Assembly: GCA_010015805.1 (NCBI GenBank)
Contig: ML978121.1
Span: 3,472,001 to 3,536,000, forward strand
Length of the DNA stretch: 64,000 bases
Direction of reading: 5' to 3'
Source: Rhizodiscina lignyota
Lineage: Eukaryota
The notes below the pieces were generated by a model. It did not search any database, was not told the origin of the DNA, and saw only the letters and a program-made list of their open reading frames with translations. Position numbers and translations under genes: made by a program. Within the stretch, counting starts at the first letter, position 1, and each line of letters opens with the position of its first letter. Shown piece after piece: positions 24,737 to 37,031 of the stretch.

Positions 24737-26356
24737 ATGGATGAAGACTGGGAGAAAGTCGAGGCTTGGGATATTGCCATAAGCGGGGAGTTTCCTACAG
24801 AGACAACGTCATCGAACGGACACGCGTCAAAAATCGTCACATACCCGTTACCCTCCTTCTACGAGCGATCAAGAGAAACTACGCTTAAAGTAAACGGCAA
24901 AGAGGTCCCAGTCATTTTCTTGGATAGCACACGATGGCGCTATGACTATGCACAGTTCACCATGAGCAAGGGCTCGGCCACAATCGAGATCACTACCAAA
25001 GACAAGAAGGCTATCGGATCGTGGAACATATCACCGAAGAAATACAACATTCAAGCCACTGCTACCAACGACACTCTCACTTTCACAATTGACGAGCCGA
25101 AGTATCTGATCATCAAGAAGAACGACTGTCCAGAAACAGTGCTTTTGATCGATCCTCCGGAGGACAACATACCGGATCCAAAGGATCAACACGTGCGCGA
25201 TGTCACATCAAAGAAATTCGGAGCTGATCCAACTGGACGGCACTATTCGCACAAAGCTATTCAGAAAGCCATCGACGAGACCAGCAAAGCCGGGAGAGGC
25301 ACAGTCTATATCCCGCCGGGGGAGTATATCTGCGGAAACCTGGTCCTCAAGAGCAACGTGAGGTTCTACTTGGCTGGTGGTGCATACCTCCGCTATACCG
25401 CCGACCCCGACATTTACAAGGTACATTGGATCCATAACGGATGGAAACCCTTCACATTCTGGATCATGACCGAATTCCACAGCACAAACATCCATGTCGA
25501 CGGTCGTGGCACCATCGACGGCAACGGAAAATACGCGTTTTCGAAACAGCATTTGATTGGCGTGACGCCTCTGGCACCCATCCTCACACAGAACTTCCTC
25601 TATACTGGTCCAGTTGTTAAAGAAGCCAGCTTCTGGACCATCAACGTCATCATTGTCCAGAACGCAGAATTCTATGACATGAAGATCCTTGGTCGGCACG
25701 ACATCCTCAATAATGACGGTATCGACTTCAACTCGTGCCAGAACATCCTCGTCCAGCGCTCGATATCCATAGCATGGGACGATCCATATTCGGCCAAGAC
25801 GTGGGAGCCACAACGTGTCAGCGGCGGTGTGTTCCACAAGATTCCAGGGCCGACAGGACCCCAGACGAATATTCTCTGTCAGGACCTCGTAGCTTGGACG
25901 GGCTGCTTTGCTGTCAAAGTCGGCGAGGGAAGCAAATATCCCCAAACGAACATTACCTACCGTAACGTCTGCGTATACGATGCCGCAATTGCTATGGGCA
26001 TACACCACCGATACGGCAAATCGCTCTTATCAAACATTGTATTCGAGGACATCGAGGTGGAGAATCTGAGGGCTCCGATCGATTACGGCTCGAGGACTTG
26101 GTATGCGATTTTCTCGCTGGACGTTGGAGAGGGCGCGGGACCGTGTGCAAATGTGCACACGAGCAATATCAAGCTGTACACGCTGGGAACGACTCCAGCG
26201 AGGGTGAACGGCTGGGATGAGAATGCATTGATGACACGCATCACATTCGACAATATCTACGTCGTCGAACTTGGGCGGTACGCGAAGAATTTGCGAGAGG
26301 CTGGGATAACTGATCTCAAGTTTGTGGATGATGCTCCGATGCTCACTTGGTCGTAG
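24737..26356 (+). CDS. GH28-like pectin-lyase-fold glycoside hydrolase; intronless, no signal peptide
   Basis: FGADPTG...AIQKAID...GTVYIPPGEY, GRGTIDGNG, NNDGID, WDD, AVKVG and beta-helix repeats. Likely start is MDEDWEKV at 24737. Confidence 0.8.
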   Translation: MDEDWEKVEAWDIAISGEFPTETTSSNGHASKIVTYPLPSFYERSRETTLKVNGKEVPVIFLDSTRWRYDYAQFTMSKGSATIEITTKDKKAIGSWNISPKKYNIQATATNDTLTFTIDEPKYLIIKKNDCPETVLLIDPPEDNIPDPKDQHVRDVTSKKFGADPTGRHYSHKAIQKAIDETSKAGRGTVYIPPGEYICGNLVLKSNVRFYLAGGAYLRYTADPDIYKVHWIHNGWKPFTFWIMTEFHSTNIHVDGRGTIDGNGKYAFSKQHLIGVTPLAPILTQNFLYTGPVVKEASFWTINVIIVQNAEFYDMKILGRHDILNNDGIDFNSCQNILVQRSISIAWDDPYSAKTWEPQRVSGGVFHKIPGPTGPQTNILCQDLVAWTGCFAVKVGEGSKYPQTNITYRNVCVYDAAIAMGIHHRYGKSLLSNIVFEDIEVENLRAPIDYGSRTWYAIFSLDVGEGAGPCANVHTSNIKLYTLGTTPARVNGWDENALMTRITFDNIYVVELGRYAKNLREAGITDLKFVDDAPMLTWS

Positions 26357-26867
26357 CTGGTTGTATTCGATACTTGTTGATCCGTAGGTACATGTATTGT
26401 ACTGAACATTGCACACCTATCCGTGCTCAGTCTCGCATGCTCCCGTCTTAATCACGAGTCATGAAGTCACTTCCGTCCCGTTCGACGGAACTGCCCTATG
26501 GATCGCGACACGCCGTCTGCGCGCTGATTCGCCGACCCCGCAAAACGCCAACGATGCTTGGCGCGCGCGGCTGACGTCGATTTGCAGATGGCGAACCGTC
26601 AGCGTGGGTGTGCAGTTTGGTCGCATGTTCTGCCCCACAATACTTTAACGGCGTCCTGTCCACTCTTGACCTGTCTTGACTGCCTTCACAAACTTCATTA
26701 TATGTCTTGTACACTTTTGCTTGAACATTTGGGCTTCTTGGTACGCGCCACCGCATTGGAAGTCCCGGTTTGAAATTAAACAACCCGAGATGCTAATCTT
26801 ACCCCAGAACGCCCTCTCATCTCCCGCAATATAACGATCGTCAGCAAGCCCCGAGCACAAAGCAAAT

Positions 26868-27202
26868 ATGTCGAGCAATGACCAACCGACGCAAGGCTAC
26901 GTGCCTCCACCGTCGACGGGGCATGAGATTGGCGTCATGTTCGGGTTCATTGGTACGATCCCGCGGGGCTGTCTTGCGTTCATTTCCACAATCTGCATGC
27001 ACAATCGCTAATCGGAAAGCCACCAGGCGCGATGATCCTCAGCATGGTGCTGTACGGCGTGGTCTGGCAGCGGGTAACGAAACGTAATGCTGAGAAGGAG
27101 CGGCGACGCGTCGCTGCGTTCAATGAGAAGGGTTGGTTGAAGGCTGTTCCGGGGATGGAGGGGGATGAGGCTGTTGAGAAGCATGAGAATGTGCTGAATT
27201 AA
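26868..27202 (+). CDS. 86-aa single-pass membrane microprotein (two exons, not in ORF track)
   Basis: Exon 1 26868-26952, intron 26953-27026 (GTACGA...GCTAAT...CAG), exon 2 27027-27202. Product: MSSNDQPTQGYVPPPSTGHEIGVMFGFIGAMILSMVLYGVVWQRVTKRNAEKERRRVAAFNEKGWLKAVPGMEGDEAVEKHENVLN. Confidence 0.75.
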
Positions 27203-27552
27203 GCCTGGGCTGGGAGATGTGTTATAGGTAGTGAAAATATGAAGAGTATGGTACAAGAGGGAGGAGTTTGTCTTTCGGGATCACGGTGCAATGTCTGGCG
27301 CAAGGCTGGATAATTTCGAGGATGAACTGTATGAATTATAAGACGTGGAAGTCTTTTGCTGTCCGAACAACTCCGTACGGATGATGACAATAACGAAATA
27401 CGCCAATTAAATCAGTTCACAAACACCGCAGCCGGATAAACATTCCGTGATTGACCCATGCCATGACCGCTTCATCCGAAAGATTCGAGTACACCAGAGA
27501 CGCCGTGCGTGACTTCTTCAATTATGGGGTCATTCGTGGGACGTCGAGCACA

Positions 27553-28551
27553 TTACAACAGGATTTGGTGTCTGGGCAGATTGTTAGCGGGCTCTGATGA
27601 AGAAAGGCAGGGAGAATAGCTTACTTCCTCATGGCCATCTCCAAACTATCCGCATTCAACTCCTGCTCCGCCGGGATCTCGTCAACTACCGGCACTAGTC
27701 CCGCGAACTTGTCGCCATCGCGGTAAGCCAGTATCGCCGGTACGCCCATACTCTCCATCTCAGCTTCTTCGTAGTTCAAGCGTATAAACCTTGTCGTCGC
27801 GTGTGCCCTCGCAAGCTGTCGTAGGGACGAGTCTACAAGGGTGGAGACGTCCGACTGAGACACGGCATTAGCACCTCACCCTCGTGATAATCATGTCGAG
27901 CAAAGAACGTACCGAATCATCATATATCAGCACCACAACAACCGAACCCCTCGCGCTCCTCTCCACAGCATCCAAGTAGCCCTCCCCATCCACCGTCGTC
28001 AGATTTCCCCATCTCCTTCCACTCGGACTCGTCTTTCTACTCCCAACGCCAGGGATTGCCGCCTGCTGCAACTCCTTCAGCCTAAACTGTCGCCAGCGCT
28101 GCATGAACTCGTCCTCGTCGTCCTCCTCGCTACCATCTGATTTCTCAGGTTCCCGGCGGTACTGCGCTGGTGGCGGCGTGGGCTGGAAACTAGGTTGTCT
28201 CGATGGGAGGAAGGATATGCGGCGTGCGTTCTTCTTAGCATTCTCGAAGGCGTAAGCGTCGGCGATAACGCCCTTTGGGCCGGTGTTGGCGTTCTCGCGG
28301 TGTGTGCGTGGGAGGAAGTACTTCGTCCGCATGTTTGATGATGATGGGGTGGCGGAGTTCTCGTCGTCCTCGCTGTCCGGAGGAGTGCCCTGCTTGGCCC
28401 TCGACCTGCCCTTTCCAGAGGAAGGATTGTAGGAGTGGTCGTCCTTCGAATGTGCTGATGAAATGGAAGACCGGTCGTCCTCAGGATGTCGCTTGCCGCC
28501 TTTGTCCTCTGCGAACAGCGCGTTGAACTCGTCTTGCGCGGGTGTGGTCAT
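27553..28551 (-). CDS. phnA: Phosducin-like protein (PhnA/BDM-1 class; G-beta-gamma chaperone)
   Basis: ANTGPKGVIADA motif, EDEFMQRWRQFRLKEL, thioredoxin-like C-domain (GVPAILAYRDGDKFA). Introns 27855-27912 and 27572-27624. Confidence 0.9.
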
Positions 28552-30919
28552 ATTGAAAGAAAGAGAGGAAACCCCTCACGCGGGTAGCACAGGGAGTGGT
28601 TCTTTAATATGCAAATATTAGATGATATGACGACAAGGCCCAGGTACCAGCGAGCGAACAGACACCAGTTCCAGCCCCAAGTCTCACAACGTTCTGTCTC
28701 AGGAGACGCGTGCTCGTGCCCCGGACAGTGCAAGGCTGAGAAGGCAAGTGTGCAATAGGAAAAAGAAGACAGCGCACACAGGGCGAAGAGGAGAGAAAAT
28801 GGTCTCAGATCGTCACCGTGCGTGGAGCTGTGGCCGGCGTGGGTGGATTCGGCTGCCACGCGACGGAAACAAGGGCCGGTAGGACGGACCGGTCGAAACG
28901 AGGATGATTTGACACTTTCCTTACGAGGATGGGAGGGGTTGCGCGCGAAGAGAGAAAGTCGGGGGGTTGACACGACACGTTGATCGCGCGTTTCACTTCA
29001 GCGCTTTTCATATGCGTTTTGGCAGTGTGGCACGTGGACGACCCCTGTTCGTGTCGACCATCTGCACGCTGCAGGGCAACCGGTAGAGCTGGCGCAAGCT
29101 GGATGCGGTTTAAGGCTGCCTCCGACAGGGCGATTGACAGCTTGGCGCTCCGCCTGCCGTTGCGAGATGCGTCGAACCGTTGGCCCGTTGCGTCGCGCTG
29201 TAGGGTTGGGTTGTTCGGCGTTTCCCACCTGTCACTCCCCTTTCGGCGCGAAGAACCGGACGGCCACTGGGCCAGGCCGTTTCGCGAGCAATACGATGTG
29301 ACTGTCAGGAGATCGTGCAAGGGTAAAAGGGCATCGACATGGGCAATTCTTTTAAGCGCTGCGAGACACTGACAGTGTGGTTGAGCTCGGCATCACCTCT
29401 GTGATTCAGATTGATCAGGCTTGACGTTCTCTCCCTTTGCTATATTTGAACCTGTAAGATGCTTGTTCGGGGTATTGTGGGGGGAGCGATGCATGTCAGA
29501 TCTCCGCCGCTTTTAGTCTTTGACGGTTAAGATGGACGGAGCACATATGTACGAACACGTCTCTCAAAGTCTCCAGGATCATCCTCCTAGGTCCGACGCT
29601 GTACGCATGTACACATGGTACGATCTTGAGGTCACAATAGACGCCAATTAGCAAGCTGACACGACAGCATTTCCCGGAGTCCGCGATTTTGGCTACGTCG
29701 ACAGTCAAATACCTGGGGTAACACTGTAATAGATTATAGCCTTAGACGCTACATGGAGATGCACTGCACGGAATCTTCTATCAGACAGAAGGTAATTCTG
29801 GAAAGATCTTCTGGAAGCTGTGAACAGCCCTATAGCTATTGGTAAACACAGTTGCATGCTATCGTCATGTAACTAGGCACCAAAACCAATGCCATAAGCG
29901 ACGTCGCGCCCATATCAGGGGCGATATCAAGCACGTTAAGGGCCGCAATGCATCAGGTGTACAGATTAGAAGGATCAAATGGCCTGCAGAACGACGAGTC
30001 GTGGCATCAGGAAGTGCATGAAGATGACACGTTGTTATGATTGACTGAGACTTGGGCTGGCAGTTGTAAAAGTAGGTAGATGCTTGGTCAACCGTACTGT
30101 CTCTTCGTAGCCTTTTTCCTATAGACCCAACCTGTACTTCCTCGCAAACCATACGCAAGACATCCATCACCTCGCGTTTGCTCGCTAGCTCCATCACTAC
30201 CACTACCACAACCACCACCACCGCAACATACCCTCACCACGATAAAAGAAAAGAAAAACAATTTGGAAGAGAAGACGTTTGCGCCGGATCACCCCCACTC
30301 CACCCCTGAGTCAGCTACGCTCTTGCAACATACAAGAAAACCGAGTGCGTGCTTCGAAGAAAGGTACAGGTTTGGATATATCGGAGGGGGTGCAAATCAG
30401 AAAGGGGAAAGTGTGCCTTGCCTATGCGTGTGCGCGGCAGGAGCATGACAGGAGGTAGTAGCTTTTTCAGAGTATGAGCCGCATCGCATTGGTGGCACAT
30501 GAGCGGGAAAAGGGGTGAGAAAAATCCAGAAAGCAGAAAAGGTATGGCACACAAAAGTAAGAAGCAGGCTGACGTAAAGCGCTCGATCAGGGGAATGTTC
30601 GAAGAGAGAAGCCGGCCCGAGCGGTATCTGAAAACAAAGGGAAGTGTGAGAGGCTCCGATTCCGTCCAAAGATCGAACGGAAGCAGATCGCTCACGAACA
30701 GAGCATGATCGGTAGAGTTGGGTCGTCCGCTCTCGAAAAGTTGCTTCATCGAAAGTAGGTGGTGGAAAGCTGCACCGGCAGCAGTTGGTAAGAAGTCGGC
30801 ATTAGGTTCGCTTCTTTTAGTTCTTTTCCTTCCTCGTCGTAATCTGCATGCAATTTGATTTACCGCTCCCCGTCTCGGACAAGGACTCGCGGTAAACCCA
30901 AAAGAAGGGTATAAGTCGA

Positions 30920-32301
30920 TTAGTGGCTATTCATTGATCGGTCAGTATACATCGCAGATGAACGATGTGAAACATCGTGGTTCAAGAGGGACTCACGCCC
31001 AGATGCGGAGCTGTTTCAGTACTAATTAGTCTTTGAACTTCTCAGAATGTTTGCATATACTGACCATCGAATCCCAGGATCCAGTGCACAGACTCATGGC
31101 GTCGTTGCTGACACCCAAGCAACTGACTCGGTTGTCGTGGCCCTGGAGTGTACCAACACGCTCACCACGTAGAACGTCCCACACCTGGACTGTTAGTACA
31201 TAAGGCAGCCCTATAAATGTTTGAATAGATATACGTTACCTTGCACTCGAAATCGTCATAGCCAGCAAACAGCAAGCGACCTGACACGGAGAAGGCCACG
31301 GAAGTTATGCCGCACACCGGTTCGCCAATCTGCGAATATATTAGATTTGTTCCAACCTAGTCAGTTCATGCAGATGGGTAATTACCGTGTAGGCCTGCAG
31401 CTCGCGATCGGCGCGGATATCGAACAATCTGCACGACGCATCGTCCGAGCCAGTGCCAAAGGCATTGCCATTGGGGAAGAATTGGATGGCGTTGATGTCG
31501 GAGTCGTGTGCAGCAAACGTCTGGACACACTTCTGTTGCCGAATATCCCAGAGCTTGGCGAAGGCGTCACATGCGCCAGAGACAAACTGATTGTTGTCGA
31601 GAGGATTGATGCTCAAGCTCATCACGTCGCCCAAGTGATCCGCAAACTCATGGAGCTTCGCGCCAGTCTCCACATCCCAGAGCACGCAAGTCATGTCGCC
31701 GGAGGAAGTGAGGATGCGGCGATCATTGATGAATCGACAGCAGGATAGGTAGCCTGAGTGGCCTGACAGCTCTCGCGCGACACGCGTAGGTCCATCTCTT
31801 GACGCAAGGTTGTAGATCGAGCAGATGTTATCCAGACCACCACAAGCGACGTAGTTGCCAGAGGGCGAGTAGGCGCAGGTCATGACCCACGAAGAGCGCA
31901 ATGGGATCGCATGCACTTTGTTTGTGGTGTACGCGTCCCAGATGATGAGTTTGCCGTCCTGCGATGCCGATACAAGATGTCTGCGGTCCGTAGACCAGTG
32001 CATGGCGTAGATCTTGGCAAGATGGCCCTTGAGAGTGCGTTTGGTCTTCATCTGCAGCCTCGGGAGCTGCTCGACTCGTGATTTGGCGACATCGCGGACT
32101 GGTCTGTAGGTTAGCCTGAAGAGACAATTGCGCATTGGAGTGAATGTGCGAATGAATTCGCAGTAGCAGGATATGGGTGTACGTACGCGTTGTGTCGGCC
32201 AACTCATCTTTCTTGCGCTTTATCCGGTCCTTGAGAGCCTCGGCGTCTCTGCGAGCAAGCTGGATCTTCTGCTGGACTGTTTCTGCACTCATATCGGCCA
32301 T
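30920..32301 (-). CDS. gpb1: Heterotrimeric G-protein beta subunit (SfaD/Gpb1)
   Basis: N-terminal coiled coil, then [27 protein letters not shown] and WD40 repeats through [11 protein letters not shown]...GSWDS. Several short introns; the last (30927-30996) gives the ending LRIWAH*. Confidence 0.97.
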
Positions 32302-35271
32302 CTTGACTTGCACGGAAGCCGTGTTGGCGGCGGCGAGAGAGTGTGGAGATGCGGTTTGCGGTCCCGGTCGCAGTGAGCAGCAGGTCTAGGGGGACGGCCG
32401 GGCAAACAATTTGAGGAGCGACCGACCGGTCAACACCGGCTCTGCGTGCGAGAGACGGGCAGCAGACGCTGTGAAAGAGGCGCTGCGGTTACCTTTGTGA
32501 TCAGCGACGTCTGGCGGAGCGTGCGAGCGGGTTGGAGAGGTGGGTTGCGTAGGAGTTCGGGCGGAGGAGCGGTGGTGTTGATGGAGTGCGTGCGTGGTTG
32601 GAGCTCTGGTGCGTGAGAGGAGCTGAGCGTGTGTGAGCGAGAGCGAGCGAGCGGCGCGGAGGCCAGAGGCGGAAAGGCTGCTGGGCGGTCCGAGCGGAAA
32701 CGGAGGCACTGGGCTTCTTCGATAGTTCGAGAAAGCCAATTGCCAGCAGCAGCGCGCGCAATCGACGGCGTCAGACACGGGAGGAGCAGTTAAGCGATCT
32801 CTGGCTGGAGGATGGCGCCGATGGGCTCTGGCTGAATTGTCGTAGTGTAGCGCAAGCCGGTCGTCGAGTGCAGACGCTTGTGGGCTGGTGATTGTGCAGT
32901 GAACAAAGGCCGCTGCGGCGCTTTTCTAAGCAATGGCAGCTCGCCCGCCCGGCCTGCACGCAAACGCAACAACAGGCGCTAGGCGCGGGGAGGGCAGGAA
33001 AGCTCCTTCCTTCGAGCCTGCAGCTGGAGGAAGGCATGCCTGGCGACGCGCTATTCCCTGATTTCGCTGCCAATTTGCCGATTTCCTTTTGACGCGCCTA
33101 ACCCCATCGAGCGCCCAAATTCACCGGATAGGTCGCTGGGCGTGAAAAGCAAGCGCACGCTGGCCCTTCCGAATTGCCCCTTCGGCTACGTTTGCACTGT
33201 GTCGCGCTCCAACAGACACCGGACGCAGGAACACGCATGAGTCCCAAGAGACAGCCAACTGCACCCTTAGTCCGTGCCGCAACTCTATTTGCCTGCGAGC
33301 GCGCCACGGCCCGTCCTTATCTACTGCTGCTTCCTGTTCTGCGCGGCCTCAGCTCCTCTCATGCTCTGCTCGCACCTCCATCTTCAAGTGCTCGCTGTGG
33401 CACTTTGGGCATGAACACGCGCATACATATCCTCCGCTCTTTTCTCCACCCCGCTACCCCTGTAGCGATCTGTGGATCCATAATTGGTTCTCGGTACCGG
33501 AATCTCGTATTTGGATTTCCAAGCTTCTCGCTAAAGCCTCTCTCCCCTATATTGCAGCTCCCTGGCCTCACTTATGCACGCCTCTATTGCGTGTCTCTGA
33601 GAGCCACAATATCATGGGCATGGTGTCGTGTGCTTCGGAGTTCGTTTTTGTCAACTCCTCCTCGCACGAATCGACCTCCAAGTGCGATGCAGCAGCTAAA
33701 TTCTCCGATTCGATACTCCGAGTCAGCTTTCGGGACCGACCTTGAATTCCATGATATCCATGTCCACCATGCCTCTCACGTATATTTCTCCATGTCTATC
33801 AATTTCAATGCAACCACGTGGGAAGTTGCACAGAGGCGCAGTTAACTACACTGAGAAGGGTCATTTCCTTTTTCGTTGGACTCTTGGACGGAAGTACATT
33901 TTCCATCATCCCCTGCTACCAACATCGTCAGCCGGATTAAATGTGGCTTTGGCGTCCGATGGCTATCTTATCGGACTCGTTATATCTCCGATCTGCCTTT
34001 TCATTTGAAATTTCTCAAGCATCCGGCACAGTTCCCCATCTTCATCGTCCGAGCCCAGAGTCTCTGCTCACATTCTCAATACCTCATGTCTTCAGTATGG
34101 GGCCTGCTTCTCGTATGCCTTTGGTAGCCACAGAGGAGAAGCAGCATCGAAAGGGAAACGAGTAAGAAAGTGTATGATCGAAGTGTACTGATTGAAGCGC
34201 CCATTGGACAAGAAGAAGGGGATCGGCTCCATGACTCGGAGTGTCCGGATACCACCAGCAATTCTGTACGCCGCGAAGAACAGACGACAGCCTCAATCGT
34301 ATGACATGGACGATCCACTTTGCTTGACAGACGTCACTGGTCTTGGTAATGATGTCATTCCCAAGGAGACTGAACAACTCCAGCTGTAATCGGTTGCCAA
34401 AACAGTTACGATGTCTTTTCTGACCCTGGACGACGATGATGAAGTTTGGGAGGGAAAATTCGAGATGAAGAACTTATACACCGAGTATCGCTCCTACGCC
34501 CATGACAATGCCGCAACATTGATATTTGTAGACAAATAATATTGCCCAGTCGCTCACGTTTTTCCAGTACCCTCCCGGGAGTCTTGGTGGCAAAGCCTTC
34601 GTTGGGGCCAAAATTGCAATGCAATTGGTCCTGACAGTGACGCACCGTATAGGACTGTAGGAGAATGTCGATGAGAGTAGCCCTCTAGGCGGCAAGAACA
34701 CTGCTAAAAGTTGTTGGAATACATTTGCTTTCAAAACCAATCACGTCAATCGAGCAATCAAGCAATCAATATTTCTGTAGCATGTGGCCTTTGAGCCGCA
34801 CTTGACTAGAAGAATTGTTTTCTGCCCGCAATTGGAGCATTATGACAACGTTCCATAACAAGAATTGCAACAATAAGATACTGATAGAAATGGTGATTCT
34901 CTTCAAGGTGCACGTCGTCGTGGTGATGAACTGAAGTGAATCGAGTCTTAGCGCGAGACGTTGCTGGAGCAGGATCAGCGCCAAGCCTTTTGTTTTGCGT
35001 GGCGCGGGCTTGAAACGCCTCCTTTCCCGCCTGATGTGAGGAACGGCCGCAGGACAACCACAATCGCTCACGTCTCCCACCACCATACGCACCCTAAAAT
35101 AGCCCTCGTTCTTCGTTTCATACTTACACTCGCTGCCCAGCAACTATCGTTAATTCTTCTACTGCCAACCCGCAACTCCCACAGCGGCCTTTGAGCCGCC
35201 TTGTCCGCTACTCGTTCACGAACAACTGCATTCCAGTCCAGCCTCGCGACCACGAGCGACAGCACAGCACA

Positions 35272-36406
35272 ATGGGCTTCGGCGACTTTACGACGATATG
35301 CCAGAAGACGGCAGTCCCGCTATGCTCGCTCGTAGGAGGCCCGTCTGGTCTGGGTACGAGCACCGGCATCCAGGCGACATGCTACTCGAGGACCGTTGAG
35401 GTCGCGAATACAGTCATTTTCCAGGGCGCGTCAGACTTCATGCACATTCTCGCGCTCATCATGGCAGCCATTATGATTCTGCATGTGCGCTCGAAGTTTA
35501 CTGCCGTTGGTACGACATTCTGATCGTTGGAATCGAGTTTGGAAGATTGTGCAAGGCTGTAGGCTGACTCGTTTCTATTTCTAGGCCGCAAGGAAATCAT
35601 CACGTTCTTCTACATCTACATGCTCCTCACCGCTTTCTCCCTCGTCCTCGATGCTGGCGTTGTTCCTCCCGGCTCCGGAGCCTTCCCATACTTCGCGGCG
35701 GTACAGAATGGCCTCGTGTCCGCACTCGTTACTTGTCTCTTGATCAACGGCTTCGTCGGCTTCCAATTATATGAAGATGGCACGACACTTTCCATCTGGT
35801 TGCTGCGCCTCTGCTCATTGGGCATGTTCATCATATGTGGAGCAGTCTCGCTCCTGACATTCAAGGGATGGGCTGGTCTTAGCCCGACAAAGACGATCGG
35901 CCTCTTTGTGGTGCTGTACATCGTGAACGCCATACAGCTGCTGGTGTACATTGTCATGCAGATCATACTCGTCGTCAACACACTGCAGGACCACTGGCCA
36001 CTGTTCGACATTGGCTTTGGCGTCTTCTTCTTTGTCATGGGCCAGGTTCTGCTGTACGTATTCAGCGAGAAGATCTGTGAGAACGTGCAGCACTACTTGG
36101 ATGGTCTCTTCTTCGCAACAATCTGCAATTTGCTGGGCGTTATGATGGTCTACAAGGTATGTTTTACCCTCAAGCATTCATTTGGACCCCAGTCGATGCT
36201 AACAGTATTGCCAGTACTGGGACTCTATCACCAAAGAAGATCTCGAGTTCAGCGTCGGCACCAAGGTCAACAACTGGGAGGTCAAAGAACTCCTGCCTGG
36301 AGACGAGCGGCCCCCGTCTGCTTACATGGACAACGGGGAATATGCAAGCAGCCTTTACCATCAATCGACATACAATCGTGGTTCGCAGCATGGATTCACT
36401 TATTAG
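35272..36406 (+). CDS. chs7: Chitin synthase export chaperone Chs7
   Basis: [57 protein letters not shown]. Introns about 35510-35584 and 36157-36214. Confidence 0.95.
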
Positions 36407-37031
36407 TGGATGCTGTAATGAAAAGAACAGGGGGAGGCCGCTCGGCGGCTATGATAGTTGGAAGTTTCTGGTTTCATGAAGCATTTTGCATTTTCGCATT
36501 GCCAATGGCGTCTTTTGAAGGATTGCATTCTTGTGTGGCTATGCTTTTTGGGTGTAACTTGGCGATTCCATGGGTTGGGATGACTGGGAAATGGTTCTAC
36601 TACGTAGGTAGATAGTACTTGCCTTTCCGAGGAACAGGCCTAATGATAAATCGTGTCTCTGCATTGTGCCGTCTTAGGAGTAAGATAAATGGCTCTTAGT
36701 TCTGAAGTAACTGAGATATTACTCCGTAAAAGGATAAGCGCAGACACCTGGATGGCAAGTTCCGATCAAGCTTGCTGGATACGCAATGTCCATGAGCTTG
36801 CGGCGTCGTCTCAAGATAACGTCCCCAAACAAGCTTTCCCAGTCGTACAAGCGTCTATTTGAAGTAATTCAAGCTATTACTTTGCTTCTACAAGGCATAA
36901 GCACGTCTAATTTTCCAATTGGCGCCCGATTTTCGTCTTCCTGCTTCGCAAACTTGCCGCCTGCTCGGGCTTCCTCCAAGCTCTGAGTCTCTCCTCGACC
37001 TCGTCTCCGTGCTTGTAGCAGAACGGAAAAC

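Noticed and set aside
33174..35200. Several ORFs in the G-beta / chs7 divergent intergenic region
   Set aside because: No recognisable motifs and no consistent splice model.
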